This document shows, in pieces, positions 1 to 11,014 of a stretch of 64,000 bases of DNA (positions are counted from its first letter, which is position 1; the number at the start of each line of letters is the position of its first letter). The position numbers and the translations under genes are program-made. A model generated the notes under the pieces. It made no database searches, was not told the origin of the DNA, and saw only the letters and a program-made list of their open reading frames with translations. This DNA is from an uncultured Planctomycetaceae bacterium (GTDB lineage Bacteria; Planctomycetota; Planctomycetia; Isosphaerales; Isosphaeraceae), in NCBI GenBank assembly GCA_963833985.1, contig CAWIAD010000002.1, forward strand, positions 1 through 64,000, written 5' to 3'.

Positions 1-714
1 CATTGTTGGGGGCGTGATCGGTGCACCTTGCGGTGTACCCATCCCCTGGTCTTTATTCCGGGTCGTTCGATGGCGCTGCCCCTTCCCGTCGGTTTCTTCC
101 ACCGGTGTTTCCAGCCACATCTTGATCAGCCGCAGGACGCGACCGTCGCTGATGCGCCGTGACGCCGATTTCATTAACTCGGAATGGGGTATGCTATCGA
201 AATATCCAGATAAGTCCGCGTCCACCACCTCGGTGTGCCCCGTCTTGAGCAGCCGTTCGACTTCGCGGACGGCGTCCAGGGCGCTGCGCTCCGGGCGGTA
301 GGCGTGTTGTTCCGGCTCCAGGTCGGCCTCGAAGATCGGCTCCAAGACCAGCACCGCAGCCATCTGCACCACACGATCCTTGATGCAAGGAATGCCCAGC
401 GGCCTTTGCTTGCCGTCCCCTTTGGGGATGTACACGCGCCGCACCGCCTGGGGTTGATACGTCTCCTTACGAAGTTGTTCCGCCAGTTCGTCCAGCCATC
501 GTTCCTTCCCGGACGCCTCGATGTCGGCGAAACTCTGGCCGTCGATCCCCGGCGCGCCGCCGTTGGCACGGCAGCGTTCGTAGGCGAATCCCAGAACGTC
601 ACGTCGATAAATCTTGTCGTACAGGACGTAGAACCGATAGTTGGGCGCGTTCTTCGCTTTGGTGTGCAACGCCGTCTGCAACTTCCCGACCTTCAGTGGA
701 GGTGATAGACTCAC
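1..714 (-). CDS. ltrA: Group II intron reverse transcriptase/maturase (partial; absent from the ORF track because it has no stop in the window)
   Basis: Manual translation from GTG 714 gives MSLSPPLKVGKLQTALHTKAKNAPNYRFYVLYDKIYR...APGIDG...RRVYIPKGDGKQRPLGIPCIKDRVVQ...AYRPERSALDAV...VVDADLSGYFDSIPH...GTPQGAPI, which covers RT domains 0-4. Confidence 0.93.
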   Translation of the reverse strand, partial: MSLSPPLKVGKLQTALHTKAKNAPNYRFYVLYDKIYRRDVLGFAYERCRANGGAPGIDGQSFADIEASGKERWLDELAEQLRKETYQPQAVRRVYIPKGDGKQRPLGIPCIKDRVVQMAAVLVLEPIFEADLEPEQHAYRPERSALDAVREVERLLKTGHTEVVDADLSGYFDSIPHSELMKSASRRISDGRVLRLIKMWLETPVEETDGKGQRHRTTRNKDQGMGTPQGAPITPPTM

Positions 715-1245
715 GCCAATCTCCCGGCTGTCTGCCGCTTGTTGCGTTGACCTTGAACCAAGGCCCCTTCCCTCGACCGGAGTTACCCGGCGTCGACGGT
801 ACTACGGGCCTCTCCGCCACCCCAGGCAGCCCGGCCGGTCCCTCGCGGGCGTCCGGTTGAGGGTCACGCGCCCTCACCGCTTGGGGTTTCCCGTGTTGTG
901 TTGATCTCCGTGTGCCGACATGCCGTCGTCAATACCCCGGTGGCCCGCTGGGTTCTGATCGCTCGTGGGGCGGCCTATTCCAACCGTTTCCCTTTCATCC
1001 CCAGCGACGGCGGCCTTCCCCATATTCCAGCAAGGTCGGCGACCACATTGGACTTTTCGAGGCCTGCTCAACGTTCACTCGCGTTACGGCCTGTCGGTTC
1101 GCTGCATCGCCAAGCGACACATCTGTCTCGAAGGCTCCGACGGTTTCGTCTCCTCCACCGCCGCTCCGATAGCTACCGGCTGGAGCGACCCAGTTGCCGG
1201 GTGGGAGTTACACCCACTGAAGACCAACACCTTTCCACGGCGCAC
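1..1245 (-). mobile_element. Group II intron, 5' part (domains I-IV and start of the IEP); runs off the left edge of the window
   Basis: The minus strand begins GTGCGCCGTGGAAAGG at 1245 (canonical GUGYG 5' end). About 530 nt of structured non-coding sequence precede an RT ORF. A candidate EBS1 (TGGAAT, minus 1029-1024) is complementary to the 5' exon end ATTCCA. Confidence 0.9.
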
Positions 1246-1303
1246 TGGAATCGTGTCCCACGAGGAGATCGAAAGAGAGACACGATTGGGAATCGTGTCT
1301 CAC
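1246..1303. repeat. REP-like palindromes: one complete (GAGACACGATT-GGG-AATCGTGTCTC, 1277-1301) and one half copy (1246-1261) cut by the intron
   Basis: A perfect 11-bp inverted repeat. The second copy, GTGGGACACGATTCCA on the minus strand, ends exactly at the intron 5' boundary. Confidence 0.7.
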
Positions 1304-1365
1304 AAAGGTCGGCCTCCCGGTCATCCAGGATCGCATCAACCTCCTGAATGCCTGTCAAAGAACGA

Positions 1366-2271
1366 TTACGAGCCTGCTTGGCCGGCACCGGCACCGGGCG
1401 TGCGCGCCAGCGCCTTGCCGACATGGCGTGCGGCCCAGCGGGTGATGAACCAGTCGTACAGCGGCGGGCACCAACCGGCGAGCCGGAGCGCGGCCCAGGC
1501 CGTCCAGGTGGGCAGAAGAAATGTCGGTCGTCCATCCAGTCCACGCAGGATGGCGCGGACCACCCGGTCGGTCGGCTCACCCGCGGGCAGACCGCCCTGG
1601 CGGCTGTCCATCCCCAGCGCCGTGCTGCTGAACTCGCTGGTGGTCCGGCTCGGACACGCGGCCCAGATGCGTACGCCTGTCCCCCGCAGCTCGTACTTCA
1701 GGCTGCGCACCAGGCCGTTGACCGCATGCTTGCTGGCGACGTACACCGCGGAATATGGAATGCCCATGAAACCGAGCACCGACGAGATCTCAAGGATCTG
1801 TCCGGAACGCCGGGTGCGCATGTGGCAGGCGGCTTTTTGCGTGAGGTCGAACAGGGCCATCACGTTGAGCTCGATCATCTGGCGGATCGCCGTCGGATCC
1901 TGGTCGGCGAACTCTGCGTAATGCCCGGCGCCCGCGTTGTTCACGAGGAGATCGAGACCGCCAGGCAGCGCGATGGCCTGCTGCCAGAGCTGCTCGCGAA
2001 AGCATGCATCGACCAGGTCGCCCGCGAGGATGTGTACGCGCCCCGGTGGAAGCTCGGCGGCCAGTTGCTCGAGCCGCTCGCGCCGGCGGGCGGTTGCCAG
2101 CACGGTCACGTTGCGCTCAAGAACGAGCTGCCGCACCATCTCACGGCCCAGGCCCGAGGATGCTCCAGTAACCAGTGCGTGGGCAATCCGTGGCACTGTA
2201 ATAGCAATCCTGTTGTCATTCACGCGTGCAATGCTGCCCGGATCAGGGCCACTCAAGACCTGAGCCGTCAT
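1366..2271 (-). CDS. SDR family NAD(P)-dependent oxidoreductase (true start probably ~2223 or later)
   Basis: Motifs TGASSGLG, NNAG and YxxxK (YVASK). Confidence 0.92.
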   Translation of the reverse strand: MTAQVLSGPDPGSIARVNDNRIAITVPRIAHALVTGASSGLGREMVRQLVLERNVTVLATARRRERLEQLAAELPPGRVHILAGDLVDACFREQLWQQAIALPGGLDLLVNNAGAGHYAEFADQDPTAIRQMIELNVMALFDLTQKAACHMRTRRSGQILEISSVLGFMGIPYSAVYVASKHAVNGLVRSLKYELRGTGVRIWAACPSRTTSEFSSTALGMDSRQGGLPAGEPTDRVVRAILRGLDGRPTFLLPTWTAWAALRLAGWCPPLYDWFITRWAARHVGKALARTPGAGAGQAGS

Positions 2272-2475
2272 TGCATCCCACCCGTGGACTGGCTTCCCGG
2301 GGACGATACCATGCCCCGCGGGGCCGTGTCATCCGCGACACCCGGCCGCATGGGTGCGGTCTGCTCCGCCAGCAAGCCCTGCGCGGTCTTTGACAAGCTG
2401 GAAACAGGCACCCGCGGGTTGTTTTGGCAGCATTCCGGCTCTAGAATCGATCTTATGGACAAGCCTTGAACAAGC

Positions 2476-4274
2476 ATGCACTTGGAGCCGAAAACGAGGA
2501 CCGCCGTGGCTGCCATCGACGATCGCCAGACTCAAATCACTGCCAGACCCACCACCGGAGCAGACGTTCTGGTCGAATCGCTGGTACGGCACGGCGTTGA
2601 GGTGATTTTCGCGTACCCTGGCGGGGCCAGCATGCCCATGCATCAGGCCCTCACGCGGTACCGCAGCCAGATCCGCACGATCCTGCCGCGGCACGAGCAA
2701 GGGGGGATCTTCGCGGCCGAGGGCTATGCGCGCGTGACGGGGAAGCCAGGCGTGGTGATGGCCACGTCCGGGCCTGGTGCGCTCAACCTCGTCACGGGGC
2801 TGGCGGACGCGAAGCTGGATTCGATTCCCCTGGTCGCGATCACGGGGCAGGTGGCCAGCCATGTCATCGGCACCGACGCGTTCCAGGAAACGCCGATGAT
2901 CGAGGTCTGCCGGGCCATCACCAAGCATCATTACCTCGTCCAGAGCGCCCGCGACGTCGCCCGCGTGATGAAGGAGGCGTTTCACATCGCCAACACCGGG
3001 CGTCCCGGTCCGGTGCTGGTCGACATCCCCAAGGACATCCAGAACACCGTGGTGGCCCGTCCCGAGTACAACGTGGCGATGGACCTGCCCGGATACCGCC
3101 TGCCCCCCCCGCCGCGCCCGAGGTCATCCACCAGGTCGCCGCGGCGATCGCCGGTTCTCGAAGGCCCATCATCTACTGCGGAGGCGGCGTTCTGGCCTCG
3201 AACGCGAACGAGGCGTTCCGCGAGTTCGCCACCAAAACCGGGATCCCCGTGGCCATGACCGTGCACGGACTCGGCTGCATCCCCAGCGATCACTACCTTT
3301 CACTGAACATGCTGGGCATGCACGGAACGGTCTACGCCAATTACGCCGTCAACGAGGCCGACCTGCTGCTGGCCCTCGGCGTTCGATTCGATGACCGGGT
3401 CACCGGCAAGCTGAGCGAGTTCGCCAAGCACGGGCGGATCGTCCATGTCGAGATCGACGCCTCCGAGATCAACAAGAACAAGTTCGCCCACATCCCGGTC
3501 CATGCCGACGTGAAATCCTTCCTGGAGGCGATCAACCCGCTCGTCGGACCCGGCAATTATCGCGACTGGCACCAGCAGATCGACGAGTGGCGCACGGCCG
3601 AGCCGATGACCTACGACCAGCGCGACGACGTCATCCTGCCGCAGTACGTGCTGGAACAGTTCTCGAACCTGACGCAGGGCGATTTCATCATGTCCACGGG
3701 CGTCGGCCAGCATCAGATGTGGGCCGCGCAGTGGACGCGCTTCAAGCGCCCGAGGACCTGGATCACCTCCGGCGGCCTGGGATCGATGGGCTATGGCTTG
3801 CCGGCCGCCATGGGCGCGCAGGCCGCCTTCCCCGAGGCGCTCGTGGTGGATATCGACGGCGACGGCAGCTTCCTGATGAACATCCAGGAGCTGGCCACGG
3901 TGTACTGCGAGAAGCTGCCGGTGAAGGTCATCGTGCTCAACAACCAGCACCTGGGCATGGTCGTGCAGTGGGAGGACCGGTTCCACGCCGGCAACCGGGC
4001 GCACACCTACCTGGGGCCGGTGCATCTCCCCGAGGCCGTGGGCCAGGGTGAAGGGGAAGTCCCCGAATTCATCTATCCCGACTTCGTCCAGGTCGCCCTC
4101 GGGTTCGGCATCGCGGCACGCCAGGTCCGTGACAGGTCGGAGGTGATCGATGCGCTCAAGGAGATGATCGCACACCCGGGACCCTATGTGCTGGACGTGC
4201 TGATCCCTTACCAGGAGCACGTCCTGCCCATGATCCCCTCCGGCGGAACGGTCCGCGATATCATCAAGAGCTGA
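2476..4274 (+). CDS. ilvB: Acetolactate synthase (AHAS) large subunit; one frameshift near 3103-3120 splits it into ORFs 2476-3258 and 3249-4274
   Basis: Motifs [56 protein letters not shown] and the ThDP motif GDGSFLMN...NN. The break is at a poly-C run. Confidence 0.93.
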
Positions 4275-4298
4275 CCGCCAGCAAGAGCTGACCGCCAG
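4265..4298 (+). repeat. 17-bp perfect tandem duplication spanning the ilvB stop codon
   Basis: CAAGAGCTGACCGCCAG occurs twice, at 4265-4281 and 4282-4298. Confidence 0.85.
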
Positions 4299-4825
4299 CG
4301 CCCTGGAGCCCGGCGATCGGGCGCTGTCGGTCGCGTGCGGCGCGGCTGCCGGGCCGATGAATGCCCTAGGAGCACCGGGCCGTTACGGGTATACTATGGT
4401 TGGAAGAGGGCCGGAAGGACAGGCTCCCGGAGTCGGGTCGGTTCATGGAAGATGTCCGGATCGGCTGGCCCGCCTGCCAGAGAATGCTCCGGGCTTCGGG
4501 TTCGATCTCCCCTCCCGGAACCGAACCGTCCGGCGCAAGACGTCTTGCCGGCAGCATGCTCGGGCCGAGCCGGCCCGCCAGGAAAAGCCAGGGGGGTTTC
4601 AGGCGGTACCGACCGCAGCCAGGATGAATCGCGATTCCCCAGGTTCGATGACCGCTCCCTTCCCGCCACAGCCTGCCTCGCGGGTCTTCTGCTCATGTAC
4701 CGGCCGCCGTATCTCCCGGATCGAGCGCCGGACTCCTGCCCCCGGCTTTGCTGCCAGGCTGGCTGCCTCGATGATCGAGCGGCTGATTTCGGGAGGTCAT
4801 CCGCAAGTCAAGGTGTAGAGACGAC

Positions 4826-6355
4826 ATGGCAACCGGAAATCTGTTCCCGATACTGACGGCCGAGGAGGCCGCCGAGCTGATTCCCCACGGCGCGATGGTG
4901 GGAGTGAGCGGGTTCACACCGGCGGGCGCACCCAAGGCCGTGCCCAGGGCCCTGGCGGAGCGTGCCCGGGCATTGCACTCCGCAGGTACGCCATTTCAGA
5001 TCCGGCTGCTCAGCGGCGCCTCCACAGGCGCCGCGTGCGACGACGCACTGGGGCTAGCCGAGGCGCTGAGCTGGCGGGCTCCTTACATGACTTCCGGACC
5101 GCTCCGGAAGCTCGCCAACTCGGGTCGGCTCGACTTCGTGGACATGCACCTCTCACACGTCTCGCAGATGGTGATGGAGGGGTTCCTGGGCACGGTCGAC
5201 TTCGCCATCGTCGAGGCCACGGAGATCACTCCGGACGGCCGGGTTTACCTGACCACGGGAATCGGCAACTCGCCGACCTTCCTGCGCAAGGCCGAGAAGG
5301 TGATCATCGAGCTCAACGCGTACCATTTGCCGCGGCTCCGCGAGCTGGCCGACATCATCGTCCTGCCCCCGCCCCCGAACCGCCACGCCATCCAGATCTA
5401 TGACCCGCTCGACCGCATCGGCAGGCGGTATGCGGAGGTCAATCCCGCGAAGGTGGTGGGCATCGTCCGCACCAACGAGCCCGATGGCGGCAGGCCCTTC
5501 AGCGCGCCCGACGAGGTCAGCCGGCGGATCGCCGGCCACGTCTCGCAGTTCCTGCTCGACGAGATGGTCGCGGGGCGTATCCCTCCGCAGTTCCTGCCGC
5601 TCCAGAGCGGCGTCGGCAACATCTGCAACGCCGTGCTCGCGGGCCTTGCCGGCAATGAAGACTTCCCACAGTTCAAGGTCTACACCGAGGTCCTCCAGGA
5701 TGCCGTCATCGATATGATTGCCGCCGGCACCGTGACCGCGGCCAGTACTTGCTCCTTGACACTCACGGACGAGAAGCTTCAGTTCCTCTACGGCGAGTTC
5801 GACGAGTTCGCAGACCGCATCGTGCTGCGCCCCCAGGAGATCTCCAACAACCCCGGGATCGCCCGCCGGCTGGGCGTGATCGCCACCAACACGGCGATCG
5901 AGGTCGACATCTACGGCCATGCCAACTCGACCCACTTCTTCGGCACCCAGCTCATGAACGGGCTGGGCGGCAGCGGCGACTTCGAGCGCAACGCGTACCT
6001 GTCCATCTTCATGTGCCCGTCGACGGCCAAGGGCGGCAAGATCTCCACCATCGTCCCGATGTGCTCGCACGTGGACCACAGCGAGCACTCGATCCAGGCC
6101 ATCGCCACGGAGTACGGGCTGGCGGACCTGCGCGGGCTTTCACCCATTGCGCGCGCCCACCGGATCATCGACCAGTGCGCGCACCCGGCCTACCGCGAGT
6201 ATCTCCACCACTATCTCGAGACGGCGCCGATGGGCCATATCCGCCATGATCTGAAGCGCTGCTTCGAGCTGTACAACAACTTTTTTGAGCACGGGGCGAT
6301 GCTGCCGGACCTGGATCTCAAGCAGTTCGAGCTCCAGGAAGCGGCGACCGGCTGA
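4826..6355 (+). CDS. Acetyl-CoA hydrolase / succinate:acetate CoA-transferase family protein
   Basis: Motifs SGFTPAGAPKAVP, PLQSGVGN, YTEVLQD, EISNNP, NGLGGSGDFERNAY and SHVDHSEH. Confidence 0.93.
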   Translation: MATGNLFPILTAEEAAELIPHGAMVGVSGFTPAGAPKAVPRALAERARALHSAGTPFQIRLLSGASTGAACDDALGLAEALSWRAPYMTSGPLRKLANSGRLDFVDMHLSHVSQMVMEGFLGTVDFAIVEATEITPDGRVYLTTGIGNSPTFLRKAEKVIIELNAYHLPRLRELADIIVLPPPPNRHAIQIYDPLDRIGRRYAEVNPAKVVGIVRTNEPDGGRPFSAPDEVSRRIAGHVSQFLLDEMVAGRIPPQFLPLQSGVGNICNAVLAGLAGNEDFPQFKVYTEVLQDAVIDMIAAGTVTAASTCSLTLTDEKLQFLYGEFDEFADRIVLRPQEISNNPGIARRLGVIATNTAIEVDIYGHANSTHFFGTQLMNGLGGSGDFERNAYLSIFMCPSTAKGGKISTIVPMCSHVDHSEHSIQAIATEYGLADLRGLSPIARAHRIIDQCAHPAYREYLHHYLETAPMGHIRHDLKRCFELYNNFFEHGAMLPDLDLKQFELQEAATG

Positions 6356-6632
6356 CCTCAGAGCGGGCGCTGCCGGGGCTCATCTTCGGGTCATTTCGGC
6401 GGCGGGATTGCAAGAGCACCGCGCAGGGCACGAAGGCCAACCTGCTGGTCGGGGCCATCGTGCCCTGCGCGGCTTTGGGGATGCTAGTCTAGCACTCGAT
6501 CACGGGCCCCATTTGCATGACGAGCCGACCTGCGGGTTGGCCTGGAAGCACCAGGAGGGGGACGCCGATCCTGAAATTCCGCGTGCGACGCGGCGCGAAT
6601 CGGCCAGGAACCGGCGCAACCCGTGGCCCGGA

Positions 6633-8270
6633 TCAATTGACCCAGATCGGCTCATCGATTAAAAGGCCGTATTTCTTCATCTTCTTGTAAAGCGTGGTGC
6701 GGTTGATATCCAGGACCCTGGCGGTCTCCTGACGGTTCCAGTTGAACGCCTGTAGGGCCTGGATGATGATGCGCTTTTCCGGTTCCTCGAGCGCTTCTTT
6801 GAGGGGCCGGATACCCATGGGGAGGTGCGGTCGCGAGCCGCCGGCGGCACCGCCGCGCGGCTGGCGCTGATAGTTGAGAATCGGAGCCAGGTGCGTGGAG
6901 GAGAGCCGCGGGCCGGTGCATCGGGCCACGGCCCGCTGGATGACGCCCTTGAGCTCGCGCACGTTGCCGGGCCAATCATGGCGCTGGAGCGTTTCCAGGG
7001 CGTCGCGTGTGAAGCCGACGACATCCTTGCGGAACTCCTGGGCAAAGCTGGCGCGGAAGTGCTCGGCGAGCAGCTCCACGTCGGCCCCGCGATGACGCAG
7101 CGGAGGCACCATCAGGCAGAAGGTGCTGATGCGATGGTAGAGCTCAGGGCGGAACCGTCCCTGTTCAACGACGCTTGACAGGTTGTCGCTGGAGGACAGG
7201 ACGAAACGGACACCGGCCTGCGCCCCGGGGCGGTGCTGCATGCTGGCGGCGTCCAGGTCGTGGTATTGCAGCTCGCGGAGCAGGTGGAGCTGGATGTCGG
7301 CCGGCAAACTGCCCACTTCGCGAAGGTGGAACGTACCTCCCTGCGCCTGGGTCAGCTTTTCGGTCCAGACGCTCACGGCCGTGGCGGAGTGGAACGAGGG
7401 CATCTCGAGATCACCGTCTTCACGGTCCGGGTCACCCAGGTCGCTGGACTTGAGCGTGACGAACGGGCCGCTGGCCTGTCCGCCGCCCAGGTGCAGAAGC
7501 CGGGCCAGCAGCGACTTGCCGGTGCCCGGCTCGCCCACGATCAGGACGCAGGAACGCGTTGTCGCGAGCGTGCCGGCGAGCTCGAGGATCTGCTTGAGGC
7601 AGGGGTCCGCGGTGACCAGGTCGAGCTCGCGGGCCAGCTCCGCATGGGGAGAGTGATCCTCCGGACGCGACACGGGGCGAGTCAGAGCCGTGCTGCTGGC
7701 GGCGGGAACGGGGAGCAAGGTGGTCGCCTGCGGCGCGTAGTGGTTCGGGGTGGCTGTCAGCGGGCCGTTGGACGGAAACAGGTCGAGGACCGCGGGCAGG
7801 GAGGATACCGGAGCACCAGCCTGCTGCCGCACCGCGGAGACTGGGCCTGGCGGAGCGGGCGCCGCGGCGGACGGCTGAGCCGCGAAGCCCGTCGGCGCGG
7901 CCTCACATTGTTCCAGTGCCTGCAATACGGCGGCGCGAAGCTCGGCCGCCGGAACAGGGTACTTGAGCACCGCCATCGCCCCGAGCCGCAACGCCTCCTT
8001 GGCACGCTCCGGATGAACGCGCGAGAACATCACGACCACCGGTACGTCGGAATGCTTGCGGCGAACATAGGTCAGGAGCTCCAGCGCTTCGGCATCGGTG
8101 GGGTCCACGCTTGCCAGAACAAGGTTGACCGGGTTTCGCTCCATGAACCGGACCGCGGCACGGTCCGTTGGCGCTTCCTCGATCACGTGCCCCAACGACT
8201 TCAGCATCGAAGTGAGCAGCGAGAGTCCCTGGGGTTCGGGGCAGACAATGAGAATTCGGAACTTGCGCAT
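6633..8270 (-). CDS. NtrC/Fis-family regulator: degenerate receiver, AAA+ domain and Fis HTH
   Basis: Walker A GEPGTGKS, WPGNVREL and C-terminal NRQETARVLDINRTTLYKKMKKY are present. The receiver Asp residues and GAFTGA are absent. Confidence 0.88.
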   Translation of the reverse strand: MRKFRILIVCPEPQGLSLLTSMLKSLGHVIEEAPTDRAAVRFMERNPVNLVLASVDPTDAEALELLTYVRRKHSDVPVVVMFSRVHPERAKEALRLGAMAVLKYPVPAAELRAAVLQALEQCEAAPTGFAAQPSAAAPAPPGPVSAVRQQAGAPVSSLPAVLDLFPSNGPLTATPNHYAPQATTLLPVPAASSTALTRPVSRPEDHSPHAELARELDLVTADPCLKQILELAGTLATTRSCVLIVGEPGTGKSLLARLLHLGGGQASGPFVTLKSSDLGDPDREDGDLEMPSFHSATAVSVWTEKLTQAQGGTFHLREVGSLPADIQLHLLRELQYHDLDAASMQHRPGAQAGVRFVLSSSDNLSSVVEQGRFRPELYHRISTFCLMVPPLRHRGADVELLAEHFRASFAQEFRKDVVGFTRDALETLQRHDWPGNVRELKGVIQRAVARCTGPRLSSTHLAPILNYQRQPRGGAAGGSRPHLPMGIRPLKEALEEPEKRIIIQALQAFNWNRQETARVLDINRTTLYKKMKKYGLLIDEPIWVN

Positions 8271-8755
8271 GGAATTCAATCTCTCCACTCACGCGCTTTC
8301 GTGAGAGAGCACGGGTTGTCTCGTCGTCCGTGAGAGCTGGGCGAGGACATCAGCCCTGTATGGCGTGATCATTCCCAAACTCCAAACCAGACGCAGTCCA
8401 ACCGACGCAGTTGACTCGCAAGGTTGCTTCCCTGGGGATTCGAGGTTCAGACAGCTTGACGTTGCGTCGGAGTCACCCGACTCAGCACATCACGTCGCTC
8501 TGTGTAAACGTCTATGTCATGGATGCAACATCGTCAAACGAATGGGTCTAACCAGGATCAATGTGAGGAGGACGCCGGTTCGGGTCGAGGAGCCTGCGGG
8601 AGGGGAAGATGCTGGAAGATTGTGGCATGGTGGCCCTAGCTATAAATATCGCATTTGCGTGTTCAGAGCCTCCTTTCCGATTGGGCGGCGGACAGGCCCG
8701 GGGCAAGGCCGCGGCCATCGCCTTTTGGGAACACCCGTTCACTGTGCATGCATTT

Positions 8756-9643
<888 letters not shown>

Positions 9644-10005
9644 CTACCACCTCCTTGTCACCGCGTCCGTCCTGATTCCGGAGTCTCGCGGCCTGTTCCC
9701 GGATCGCGTCGGTTGATCGCCGCCGTCTGGCCTGTTCGGATCACATCGGTTTCATCAAGAGAGTCCGGGGCATACCACCGCCTCATTGTTGCGAAACATT
9801 TGAGGTTCCATCAAGCACAAGCTCCCGAAACTTAGACCTTTCCAGCACTTACCCTACGCGCATTTTCACAAAACTCTCCCAGCCGGTTCATCTTCTGGAT
9901 TGCGACTGAGCGGTCTCCGAAGCCGGGGGGGGCGGCACAGGGCGGTTCCAGAAACGAAAAGGGACCGGCTCTTTCCTTCGTGCAGCGTTTGCGATACAAT
10001 TGCTT

Positions 10006-10078
10006 TGCGCCGTGGAGCAGCGGCTAGCTCGCCAGGCTCATAACCTGGAGGTCGTAGGTTCGATTCCTACCGGCGCAA
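10006..10078 (+). tRNA. tRNA-Met (CAT), initiator-like; CCA not encoded
   Basis: Cloverleaf: TGCGCCG/CGGCGCA acceptor, GAGC/GCTC D stem, CCAGG-CTCATAA-CCTGG anticodon arm and GTAGG-TTCGATT-CCTAC T arm. A TACAAT -10-like hexamer lies at 9995-10000. Confidence 0.95.
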
Positions 10079-10093
10079 TTGCATGTATCATTC

Positions 10094-10117
10094 AACCCCC
10101 CGTTCGCGGGGGTTTTT
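10094..10117 (+). terminator. Rho-independent terminator after the tRNA
   Basis: Hairpin CCCCCG-TTCG-CGGGGG followed by TTTTT. Confidence 0.8.
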
Positions 10118-10350
10118 CGTGCGCCGCATGAATTGTTTGTGTTCTTCTTCTGGCGGCACGCGCCCATCCATCTGCGCCGCGGCCATCGAACCGGCGCTTT
10201 CGTCGAGAGTCGGGGTCGTGGGCCGGCCGGGTCCGGTTTGCGTTGGGGTTCGGAGCCCGACCGTTGCGGTCGGGCAAATCGCGTGATAACTTTTCGTGAT
10301 TGCCCAGCGCTCATGTCCTGACCATCGCCACTCGACGGGGCCGGAGTTTC

Positions 10351-10815
10351 ATGCGCGAGCCGCAGGCCCGAGATTTCGAGACTCTCACACATCGGCTTGT
10401 CTTGCCACGCGATGCCAACCACCACGGAACGCTCTATGCGGGAACCCTGCTCGCGCTCGCCCTCGAGGCGGGTTACGCCACAGCCTTCCGCGCCGCGGGG
10501 CTGAATGCGAACCTTGTTCTGAAGCGCGTTCTCGACCTCCGCTGTTATGAGCCCATTCCGGTCGGCACGGTGGTGCAAATCCGGGGCCGACAGGTGCATC
10601 GCGGCAGCGCTCAGATCGTGGTCGCACTCTGGGGCACACCCTTGCCCGATCGCTCGGCACCGTGGATGGATGGTGCCATGCAATTTGTGCAGGTCGATGA
10701 GAGCGGGCGTCCCGAACCGCTGAACGAGGAGCCGGACGACCAGCCCATCGCCTTCGACCCGCCCTGGTCGGGGTTGCACGAGCGCATCCGGAAGCTTTTG
10801 CGGGTTCGACCTTGA
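10351..10815 (+). CDS. Acyl-CoA thioesterase (hotdog fold)
   Basis: LVLPRDANHHGTLYAG at the N-terminus and FVQVDESGRP at the C-terminus. Confidence 0.85.
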   Translation: MREPQARDFETLTHRLVLPRDANHHGTLYAGTLLALALEAGYATAFRAAGLNANLVLKRVLDLRCYEPIPVGTVVQIRGRQVHRGSAQIVVALWGTPLPDRSAPWMDGAMQFVQVDESGRPEPLNEEPDDQPIAFDPPWSGLHERIRKLLRVRP

Positions 10816-11014
10816 CATTTCTACCCTTGCAGCCATGCGTCCCTAGATCCACGCAATCATCTTCACGATGTTTACGTTGTGCCCCATGAAGTGGGACACC
10901 GGCGTGGATTTTTTCTTTTTCACGTATCGGTCATGGCGGCGGCACGCAGTACACATTGGCAGCGATGCCCGGGGCAAGGCATCGTCGGGTTCTTGAGGCC
11001 GGAGCGTCGCAGGC

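Noticed and set aside
1..714. Retron, DGR or defence-associated RT
   Set aside because: The RT0 domain, the GUGCG boundary and the long upstream intron RNA identify a group II intron IEP. No template/variable repeat pair was seen.
14..1347. Short ORFs listed over the intron region
   Set aside because: They are antisense or off-frame shadows of the RT and the intron RNA. The real RT frame is 714 to <1 on the minus strand.
4300..4820. Riboswitch or small gene upstream of the CoA transferase
   Set aside because: I recognised no aptamer consensus, and the ORFs there lack motifs and coding bias.
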